Assembly (NCBI RefSeq): GCF_006345805.1
Contig: NW_021829260.1
Location: forward strand, 1 to 6,826
Direction: 5' to 3'
Length of the DNA stretch: 6,826 bases
Origin: Octopus sinensis
Lineage: Eukaryota
The notes below the pieces were generated by a model, which was not told where the DNA came from, ran no database searches, and worked only from the letters and a program-made list of their open reading frames with translations. The position numbers were made by a program, and so were the translations under genes. This document shows, in pieces, positions 1 through 6,700 of the stretch (within the stretch, counting starts at the first letter, position 1; every line of letters begins with the position of its first letter).

Positions 1-120
1 AAGCAACAGATAGACATTTTTTTAGTTCACCTTGAACGTAATTTTGGATGCCTTGATGATGTTGTCTCAGCACATATTTTCGGGTATATTAATTTGACTG
101 GTATTTTGAGCCTTATTTCT

Positions 121-530
121 CTCTTTACTCTTTACTCTTTTACTTGTTTCAGTCATTTGACTGCGGCCATGCTGGAGCACCACTTTTAGTCGAGCAAATC
201 GACCCCGGGACTTATTCTTCGTAAGCCCAGTACTTATTCTATCGGTCTCTTTTTGACGAACCGCTAAGTGACAGGGACGTAAACACACCAGCATCGGTTG
301 TCAAGCAATGCTAGGGGGACAAACACACATACACACATATATATATATATAATATATATATACATATATACGACAGGCTTCTTTCAGTTTCCGTCACCAA
401 ATCCACTCACAAGGCATTGGTCGGCCCGGGCTATAGCAGAAGACACTTGCCAAGATGCCACGCAGTGGGACTGAACCCGGAACCATGTGGTTGGTTAGCA
501 AGCTACTTACCGCACAGCCACTCCTGCGCC
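121..530 (-). mobile_element. tRNA-derived SINE, copy 1 (octopus-type)
   Basis: The minus strand starts GGCGCAGGAGTGGCTGTGCGG, with A-box-like TGGCTGTGCGG (520-510) and B-box-like GGTTCAGTCCC (477-467). It has an internal (TA)/(CA) tract (~322-370), a 3' CAGTC-AAAT-GACTG hairpin (163-150) and a short (AGAGTAA)n tail (142-121). Homologous to 820-1230 and 5984-6377. Family assignment is from memory. Confidence 0.85.
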
Positions 531-563
<33 letters not shown>

Positions 564-569
564 TATATA
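531..569. repeat. (TA)n microsatellite abutting the SINE copy 1 head
   Basis: Direct reading; one AA interruption. Confidence 0.95.
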
Positions 570-650
570 ATTTTTATATTTTGTATATATTTATTTATTA
601 TAAATGCAAAACAACACCACGGAGGAATAGAGGCAAGCTCAAACAATAAA

Positions 651-689
651 CGTGATAGGTGAACCGCGATATGGCGAGGGATTACTGTA
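651..689 (-). mobile_element. Possible pogo/Tigger-like (Tc1/mariner) terminal inverted repeat, single end
   Basis: The minus strand reads TA|CAGTAATCCCTCGCCATATCGCGGTTCACCTATCACG. TA followed by CAGT-N-CCCTCG resembles Tigger-type termini with a TA target site (from memory). No partner end or transposase is seen in the window. Confidence 0.4.
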
Positions 690-819
690 GATTAAGCAAC
701 CAAGATCAGACATATTTTTTTAGTTCAACTTGAAATTAATTCTGGATTGCCTTGATGATGTTGTCTCAGCACATATTTTCGGGTATATTAATTTGACTGG
801 TATTTTGAGCCTTATTTCT

Positions 820-1029
820 CTCTTTACTCTTTACTCTTTTACTTGTTTCAGTCATTTGACTGCGGCCATGCTGGAGCACCACTTTTAGTCGAGCAAATCG
901 ACCCCGGGACTTATTCTTCGTAAGCCCAGTACTTATTCTATCGGTCTCTTTTTGACGAACCGCTAAGTGACAGGGACGTAAACACACCAGCATCGGTTGT
1001 CAAGCAATGCTAGGGGGACAAACACACAT

Positions 1030-1066
<37 letters not shown>

Positions 1067-1230
1067 TACGACAAGCTTCTTTCAGTTTCCGTCACCAAAT
1101 CCACTCACAAGGCATTGGTCGGCCCGGGGCTATAGCAGAAGACACTTGCCAAAGATGCCACGCAGTGGGACTGAACCCGGAACCATGTGGTTGGTTAGCA
1201 AGCTACTTACCACACAGCCACTCCTGCGCC
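820..1230 (-). mobile_element. tRNA-derived SINE, copy 2
   Basis: Same structure as copy 1: A box 1220-1210, B box 1177-1167, internal microsatellite, 3' hairpin 862-849, AGAGTAA tail. Outside the microsatellite it differs from copy 1 by only 2 substitutions and 2 single-base indels. Confidence 0.85.
1167..1220 (-). promoter_or_regulatory. RNA polymerase III type-2 internal promoter (A and B boxes) in the SINE head
   Basis: TGGCTGTGTGG (1220-1210) and GGTTCAGTCCC (1177-1167) resemble the tRNA A box (TGGCNNAGTGG) and B box (GGTTCGANTCC) at tRNA-like spacing. Equivalent boxes occur at 520-467 and 5994-6047. Activity is not shown. Confidence 0.6.
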
Positions 1231-1330
1231 TATCTGAATATGCTGGTCCTTTTGAAATGATCTTCGATAGTATATGGCGTAATCATTAATTACAGATGTG
1301 ATTTTCCATTCTTATTCCTGTTTAATATAG

Positions 1331-1382
1331 CCCCAGCATGGCCACAGCTCATAAGCTGAAACTAGAATCAATCAATCAATCA
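1331..1382 (+). mobile_element. 3' end fragment of a related SINE/LINE with (AATC)n tail
   Basis: CCCCAGCATGGCCACAGCTCATAAGCTGAAACTAG matches the SINE 3' end CTCCAGCATGGCCGCAGTCAAATGACTGAAACAAG at 25/35 positions without gaps, and is followed by AATCAATCAATCAATCA (1366-1382). Confidence 0.55.
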
Positions 1383-1562
1383 GTCTATCGTAATCTTCGT
1401 TGAGTGACAGTTTAGGTCAGGCTTAATGGCGTATTCTCTGTCAGTCAATTGAATTTCACAAATAAATTTTTGTCTCTCTTCGAAGTATTGTTTCCACTTC
1501 ATCACATCGTTAAATAGCTCGTTGTTATACTTAAACTTGCCTTGACATAAAACCATAATGTA

Positions 1563-1637
1563 ACACACACACACACACACTAACACACACGTACGCACGC
1601 ACGCACACACACACATACACACACACACACCAAACAC

Positions 1638-1676
<39 letters not shown>

Positions 1677-1716
1677 GTTGTGTGTGTGTGTGTGTGTATG
1701 TATGTATATATATATA
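1563..1716. repeat. Compound (CA)n/(TA)n/(TG)n microsatellite
   Basis: CA-rich 1563-1630, TA ~1643-1674, TG/TATG ~1679-1716. Confidence 0.95.
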
Positions 1717-1796
1717 CTTAAATATAAGAGATTTACCGCTGAGTGGTTAACTCTAGTGCTAAAAAAATTAATATCTAATTTTCACCCTCATTATGA

Positions 1797-1831
1797 ATAT
1801 ATATATATATATATATATATATCTATATATA

Positions 1832-1873
<42 letters not shown>
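1797..1873. repeat. (TA)n microsatellite
   Basis: Direct reading; minor interruptions. Confidence 0.95.
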
Positions 1874-1876
<3 letters not shown>

Positions 1877-1888
1877 TGTGGTGTTAAC

Positions 1889-1990
<102 letters not shown>

Positions 1991-2499
1991 TAACTTAAAC
2001 TCAGACGCCTTCAAAATTCCCGATATGAACCTACGTGTAGACACTTAAACACTTATCCATATAGTTTTTTGTTTTTCTTTTTTATTTCAAAAGAGTACAT
2101 TTATAATTAACCCCCGCCGCAAAAAGATTCACTGCGTTCTTTGCGGTCAATTATACATAAACACGCATGACGGATACAACAGCGCAAATGCCCGTCTTTC
2201 CCATCAGTGATCATCCCGCTCCCAACGCCCCCAGTACATATCACACGCAACCCAGTAAAATGTTTCTCTCTCGTCCCATGCATATTTAACACCCGTAGAA
2301 ATGTGACTGAAACCCATGACCCCTAATGAAGCTAATATAATACAGAATCTCTATTCCAGTGGCGCTGTTTTAATAAGGGATTAGTGAAATTGGTGTTCTC
2401 GTAAATAGATCAGAGGAGTTCTTGAGATGAACAATCTATAGCAACGCATGACGTTGTGAATATACGGCAGGATAAAGTACCCGACAACGTGATTATAAC

Positions 2500-2530
<31 letters not shown>
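2500..2530. repeat. (ATT)n array 1
   Basis: Direct reading. Reads (AAT)n on the minus strand, directly 3' of the 2531-2767 block. Confidence 0.95.
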
Positions 2531-2767
2531 GAGTGAGAGAGCAGTTCATGCCATCAAAGTGACACTGGGGTAAAATTATGAAGCCCAATATTACCCATCA
2601 TGACTACCCGTCTGATAAAGGTACACCAGGCACATGCATCACAACCTATTGCGCGACATGGTGATCTCAATCAAGATATAAACGCACATGACCTTGCAGG
2701 TGGGGCCCAGTTAGAAATTTTCTCAGGTTGAGTACCCATCCCGCTCAAACGGTCCCTGAAAGGGTTG
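2531..2767 (-). mobile_element. Probable 5'-truncated 3' end (UTR-like) of a non-LTR retroelement with (AAT)n tail
   Basis: A 237-bp complex block enclosed by two (ATT)n arrays. The minus strand ends ...CTGCTCTCTCACTC then (AAT)n. No coding remnant was found. It resembles an abundant octopus repeat (from memory); the family is not assignable here. Confidence 0.45.
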
Positions 2768-2816
2768 TTATTATTATTATTATTATTATTATATTATTAT
2801 TATTATTATTATTATT
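2768..2816. repeat. (ATT)n array 2
   Basis: Direct reading; one register slip near 2791. Confidence 0.95.
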
Positions 2817-3291
2817 CAGTAGTTTTATTTTTATAACGTGCTTTCACTTCACTACCGAGCGCAGCTGTGTGTGCCTTGGTTGTGCTGTGATTTGTTGTGA
2901 TGCTCTGATGGTTACTGTATGGAAAGTGTTCTGTGTAGGATGTGTGGCAGTGCCTAGTAGTGCAATTTTCTGTATGTTTATGTGTTTGTAAGTCCTGGTG
3001 TTTTTGTTATGTATTTGTCTGAATATTTTTTTTATCATGCCTAATGCACCTGCTATGATAGGAATTGTTTCTGTTTTCAGGTTCCACATTCTAGTTACCT
3101 CTATTTCCAGGTCTTTGTATTTTGAGAGTTTCTCCATTTCTTTTAGAGACACGTATTGATACATCAATTAGAAAGCATTTTTTTTCTTCATGATCTCTGA
3201 CAACTATATCTGGTCTGTTGGCCTTAATTTCTCTATCTGTGTGTATAGGCACATCCCAGAGTATGGTTGCTTTCTCGTTTTCTGTGACCTT
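2817..3291 (-). mobile_element. 5'-truncated non-LTR retrotransposon with restriction-like endonuclease (RLE), R4/Dong-like
   Basis: Contains the RLE C-terminus, then a ~95-nt 3' UTR (2911-2817) with AATAAA (2829-2824), then an (AAT)n tail. The 5' end is fused to another (AAT)n array. No RT domain is retained. Confidence 0.85.
2912..3291 (-). pseudogene. Frameshifted RLE (PD-(D/E)xK-type) endonuclease C-terminus of a retrotransposon ORF
   Basis: Joining frames gives KVTENEKATILWDVPIHTDREIKANRPDIVVRDHEEKKCFLIDVSI / VSLKEMEKLSKYKDLEIEVTRMWNLKTETIPIIAGALGMIKK / YSDKYITKTPGLTNT / NIQKIALLGTA / HILHRTLSIQ* (TAA at 2914-2912). It carries the RPD...D...ExxK..KY motif typical of RLE-class elements. 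ORFs 3091..3408 and 2844..3167 each hold part of it. Confidence 0.9.
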
Positions 3292-3298
3292 ATTATTA

Positions 3299-3357
<59 letters not shown>
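3290..3357. repeat. (ATT)n array 3
   Basis: Direct reading; one TTT interruption near 3301. Confidence 0.95.
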
Positions 3358-3513
3358 GGTCCCTCTTAGCTTTCTGAGTTCAAATTCTGCTGAAGTCGAT
3401 TTAGTCATTCATCCTTTCAGGTTCATTCAAGTAAGTACCATTTGAGTACTGGAGTCGATGTCATCGACTATCCCCTTGTCCAAATTTCAGGCTTTGTGTT
3501 TATAGCAGAACGA
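3358..3513 (+). mobile_element. Degenerate SINE of a second family
   Basis: B-box-like GAGTTCAAATT (3376-3386), then TTCATCCTTTC...AAGTACCA...CTGGAGTCGATGTCATCGACT. The AAGTAC...CTGGRGTCGA-N5-TCGACT part is shared with SINE copies 1-3. It ends directly at a triplet-repeat tail. Family identity is from memory. Confidence 0.6.
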
Positions 3514-3563
3514 ATTGTTGTTGTTGTTGTTGTTATTGTTGTTGTTGTTCTTCTTCCTCTTCT

Positions 3564-3595
<32 letters not shown>

Positions 3596-3643
3596 TTCTT
3601 CTTCTTCTTCTTCTTCTTCTTCTTCTTCTTTCTTCTTCTCTTC

Positions 3644-3693
<50 letters not shown>

Positions 3694-3696
3694 GTT

Positions 3697-3735
<39 letters not shown>

Positions 3736-3736
3736 A

Positions 3737-3768
<32 letters not shown>

Positions 3769-3778
3769 GTTATTATTG

Positions 3779-3818
<40 letters not shown>

Positions 3819-3828
3819 CATTATTATT
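3514..3828. repeat. Compound NTT trinucleotide array (GTT, CTT, ATT, GTT, ATT blocks)
   Basis: 315 bp = 105 triplets. GTT ~3517-3549, CTT 3550-3645, ATT 3646-3693, GTT ~3694-3735, ATT ~3736-3828. Confidence 0.97.
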
Positions 3829-3920
3829 TTTACACGATCTTGTACCTGTTAAGAGATCCTCGTTACCATTATTAAAGAGGGCTGTGGATTTGAAGAATAT
3901 TGAAATATGTGGTGGGGCAT

Positions 3921-4000
3921 AAAATGCCAGCAGAATTTAGCTCCAGCTCACAACATTCCAATTCAAATCCCTCCGAGGCCGACTTTTCCTTTCATTTTTC
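3921..4000 (+). mobile_element. Highly decayed fragment of the second SINE family
   Basis: 3962-4000 aligns to 3379-3418 at about 27/40 positions with one gap (TTCAAAT...GA.G.CGA.TT...TTCAT). Confidence 0.4.
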
Positions 4001-4095
4001 AATTAAGCTCTCGATCATCTATCTAATCGAATGAAGCTATTAAAGGAATAGGAGTTAAAGAGTATTAATGTAGAAAGTATTGCGCCATGATGTGA

Positions 4096-4100
<5 letters not shown>

Positions 4101-4128
<28 letters not shown>
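4101..4128. repeat. (TG)n microsatellite
   Basis: Direct reading. Confidence 0.95.
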
Positions 4129-4130
<2 letters not shown>

Positions 4131-4568
4131 TGTGTGCGCGCGTGTGTACATTCATACCTACATATATACATAATATGTTTAGGGTCCAGGTTCAAGAGAT
4201 CTTGTTGGTTCATTTCATTCTTTCAGCCATGCTAACAAAGAAAGATGTATCTGCAATGAGAGGAGAGTAAGAATGTGAGACACATAAAGAGAGAGAGAGG
4301 GGGGGGAGAGATAAAGACAGACAGAAGTCTATAATAAAGTGATATAGTTTAAAGAGATAAATAACTAGTAGATCGATTGTGTGGGAGCCAGTAGTTTAGG
4401 AAGGAGCGATGGCAAAATGTGTGGGAGAGGAAAAGGTAGCATCAATATGAGAGCATCGGTAGAAATACTGAAGCTAGATCTCTTCAAGTTAGAGAATGGA
4501 ATTAGAACAGTAACAGGATAAAATAACATAATTAATTGAAGGATGCAATTGAATTATAGAAGATATAT

Positions 4569-4886
4569 AAAACAAGATTTTATTCACATAGAAATTTCTT
4601 CTGGTACCCCGAAAATAGGACAAAGACCAGTCTGGCAAAACTTGTCTGGGAACTGAAAGAAAATGAAACCAGTCCTTTCAACATGACATGGAAAATTTTA
4701 GATAAAGTATCAGCTTACAGACATGGTGCTCATAAAAGGTCCGTCAAATGAAATTTTTGCCTATCGGAGAAACTCTTTATTTTATTCCAGGACTATAGCG
4801 CTTTGAATAAAAGACGCGAACTCTTAAATTCCTGGAGGCACGCAACAAAATTTAAAATGTCAGCCGACAAAATACCATATGGATAG
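4569..4886 (+). mobile_element. Penelope-like element remnant: C-terminal part of a GIY-YIG endonuclease (pseudogenised)
   Basis: One frame, absent from the ORF track: KTRFYSHRNFFWYPENRTKTSLAKLVWELKENETSPFNMTWKILDKVSAYRHGAHKRSVK*NFCLSEKLFILFQDYSALNKRRELLNSWRHATKFKMSADKIPYG*. It fits the pattern KTR..H...L...W.LK.....W.IL......C..CL.EK..I.....LN.R.E....CRH..KF that I recognise from Penelope-like endonuclease C-termini. Internal TGA at 4749-4751. The GIY/YIG motifs themselves are not recognisable upstream. Confidence 0.8.
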
Positions 4887-5668
4887 TATATATTTCTGGA
4901 ATCTTGAACTAGTTTCCTATACCACTATTGAATTCGTGTTTTGTAGAATATGGTTGTTTCGAATCGCAACGATATTGTATGTATTTCAACGTATTCTTTA
5001 AGAAAGCCTTCGACTCGTATATATATATCATTTTGAAGTTTAAATTTTATTATTTTATTTTATTTTATTGTATTTTACGAACCTATTTAATTGTTATACT
5101 TATAGATAATTCTATGCATTGTGCTGCATTTTGCAAATGTTTTTTATCCGATTTTATTATTATATACACTGAGCAATTAAAAAAAAGTTGTTTGTGCATA
5201 TACGTTGGGATCTACATGTGTTTTTATGTGGTAGTGTTACTCAGAGTTTAACATTCCCGTTCGACGGACAAGTTTTGTTAAAATAGAACAGAAATGACAA
5301 TATAATCAAAACTAGTAAAAGGATTCACCTTTAAAAATGGATTTGTTTCATTGGTCCTTTCAATTAACGGTCTTAAGCATGCAATGAACAAAATAAACGA
5401 AATAAATGAATTCAATATAAATTCATCCTATTATAAAAAATAGAAGAACACCTCCAATCGAAGAGTGGATTCAAAATACATATTGTCAATCATTATATAC
5501 GAAATATAAGTAAATTAATGCATTAAAATCAAAATAAAATTTTCACGCTGCATTACGTAAATATTTTACAACAGTATAGACACATACTAGACCATCTATA
5601 ATACACATATATACATCAAAATACGCAGATGCATGCACATAGTTACATACATATACAGGCATATATAT

Positions 5669-5933
5669 GTAAGACATAAATATACGCACAAATACACATA
5701 TACACATGTACATGCCCGCATACGAAAATCACTTGGTGTATAGACATAGAAGTTATAACAAACAAGGTAGATGAGAAGGATATCCCCCTCCCTACGTTTA
5801 AGAAATACTTCTCATCTATCTTGTTTGTTACAGCTTCTATATCTATACAGCAAGAGATTTTCGTATGCGGGCATGGTTGCGTACATATAAGTACATGTAT
5901 ATATGTGTATTTGTGCATATATTTATATCTTAC
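5669..5933. repeat. Long inverted repeat (foldback): arms 5669-5778 and 5808-5933, 29-nt spacer
   Basis: Manual alignment gives 101/110 identity between the left arm and the reverse complement of the right arm, plus a 16-nt insertion in the right arm (5876-5891). It includes a perfect 20-bp core: CATGCCCGCATACGAAAATC (5711-5730) / GATTTTCGTATGCGGGCATG (5856-5875). Confidence 0.95.
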
Positions 5934-5938
5934 TCTGG

Positions 5939-5975
5939 TATATATATATATATATATTATATATATATATATATA
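5939..5975. repeat. (TA)n microsatellite just before the SINE copy 3 head
   Basis: Direct reading. Confidence 0.95.
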
Positions 5976-5983
5976 GGTGCATA

Positions 5984-6376
5984 GGCGCAGGAGTGGTTGT
6001 GTAGTAAGTAGCCTCTTTAACAACCACACGGTTCCGGGTTCAGTCCCGTTGCGTGACACCTTGGGCAAGTGTCTTCTACTATAGCCTCGGGCCGACCAAG
6101 GCCTTGTGAGTGCTAGATGGAAACTGAAAGAAGCCCATCGTATATATGTATATACGTATGTGTGTGTATATGTTTATGTGTCTGTGTTTGTCTCCCCAAC
6201 ATCGCTTGACAACCGATGCTGGTGTGTTTACGTCCCCGTAAATTATCGGTTCGGGAAAAGAGACCGACAAAATAAGTACTAGGCTTACAAATAATAAGCC
6301 CTGGGGTCGATTTGCTCGACTAAAGGCGGTGCTCCATAATGGCCGCAGTCAAATGACTGAAACTAATCAAAGAGTA

Positions 6377-6377
<1 letters not shown>
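5984..6377 (+). mobile_element. tRNA-derived SINE, copy 3 (more diverged, opposite orientation)
   Basis: GGCGCAGGAGTGGTTGTGTAG head, B box GGTTCAGTCCC (6037-6047), internal TA/TG tract (~6141-6185), GTCGA-TTTGC-TCGAC (6306-6320), CAGTC-AAAT-GACTG (6346-6359) and AGAGTAA end. Colinear with the reverse complement of copies 1 and 2. Confidence 0.85.

Positions 6378-6434
<57 letters not shown>
6377..6434. repeat. (TA)n(TG)n compound microsatellite
   Basis: Direct reading; lies between the SINE copy 3 tail and hammerhead unit B. Confidence 0.95.
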
Positions 6435-6437
<3 letters not shown>

Positions 6438-6643
6438 AAGTAAACACAAAAACTCGAAGAACAAACACAAGAAAAATCAGCAACGCGAGGTTGTGCTGCA
6501 TGGAAAGTATTAGCAGACGCTCTGTGAAGGAAAGAAAGGTAGTTTTCGTTTCGAGCAAAGCTCTTCGTCAGAAACACGAGACGGAGTAAAGTCCAAGGAA
6601 GAGGAAGACGGAGGAAAAAATCGCCAACAATCCATATGTTGTT
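6435..6643 (-). mobile_element. Hammerhead-bearing unit B (Penelope pLTR-like or retrozyme-like)
   Basis: Enclosed by microsatellites. Minus-strand order: hammerhead motif, pyrimidine-rich spacer, GAGCGTCTGCTAATAC, T-rich tail. Unit A at 6699-6826 has the same layout. Confidence 0.55.
6542..6575 (-). ncRNA. Minimal type I hammerhead ribozyme motif B (U16.1 apparently missing)
   Basis: Minus strand: GTTT-CTGACGA-A-GAGC-TTT-GCTC-GAAAC-G-A-AAAC. It has a canonical CUGANGA core, an extra A, a 4-bp stem II, GAAA and a 4-bp stem I (GUUU/AAAC). The palindromic ACGU-H of stem III reads ACG-A, i.e. one U short. Confidence 0.7.
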
Positions 6644-6650
6644 ATATATA

Positions 6651-6699
<49 letters not shown>
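6643..6699. repeat. (TA)n microsatellite separating the two hammerhead units
   Basis: Direct reading; one C interruption. Confidence 0.95.

Positions 6700-6700
<1 letters not shown>

Larger units (their letters stand above)
1..1233. repeat. Direct duplication of SINE plus flank (1-533 vs 694-1233, offset ~699)
   Basis: 51-~330 is identical to 750-~1029 (giving the identical ORF translations 67..294 and 766..993). Similarity ends 3 nt past the SINE head (TAT at 531-533 and 1231-1233). The stretch 1-50 aligns to 694-749 only with several small gaps. Confidence 0.9.

Noticed and set aside
820-1240. Target-site duplications around the SINE copies
   Set aside because: No convincing direct repeat flanks any copy; the short AT-rich matches are chance-level.
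67-1260. ORFs 67..294, 766..993, 455..649 and 997..1260
   Set aside because: They lie in SINE bodies and microsatellites. The identical 75-aa pair only reflects the duplication.
1380-1637. Minus-strand ORF with a complex 60-aa tail (YIMVLCQGKFKYNNELF...KITID) as a possible exon
   Set aside because: It starts inside (TG)n, I recognise no domain, and there is no convincing splice acceptor/donor pair. RNA-seq or BLASTX would be needed.
2094-2210. Plus-frame peptide with CxxC (RRKKIHCVLCGQLY) after a T-rich tract, as a zinc-finger exon; also ORF 2107..2292
   Set aside because: The His spacing does not fit C2H2, the acceptor (AAAAG) is weak and a stop follows at 2208-2210. The minus ORF has no recognisable motif.
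3218-3445. ORFs 3218..3445 and 2728..2991 with hydrophobic runs resembling signal or transmembrane segments
   Set aside because: The runs come from (ATT)n arrays, and the frames are antisense to the RLE remnant.
3442-3922. ORFs 3442..3852, 3468..3821 and 3515..3922 (poly-L/I/V/F/R/T)
   Set aside because: They are translations of the stop-free NTT array and have no protein-like content.
4928-5251. 107-aa plus-strand ORF
   Set aside because: Low-complexity AT-rich composition (F/Y/I/L), a non-ATG start and no recognisable domain.
5669-5933. Foldback as a classical MITE or pre-miRNA
   Set aside because: There is no target-site duplication at either candidate boundary, and the stem and 29-nt loop are larger than a typical pre-miRNA. 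It is kept only as an unassigned inverted repeat.
5984-6060. SINE heads as true tRNA genes
   Set aside because: A and B boxes are present, but I could not build a full cloverleaf, and each head continues into a common SINE body.
5643-6589. ORFs 5643..6068, 6079..6270, 6320..6577, 6329..6589 and 6367..6558
   Set aside because: They run through SINE copy 3, the foldback and microsatellites.
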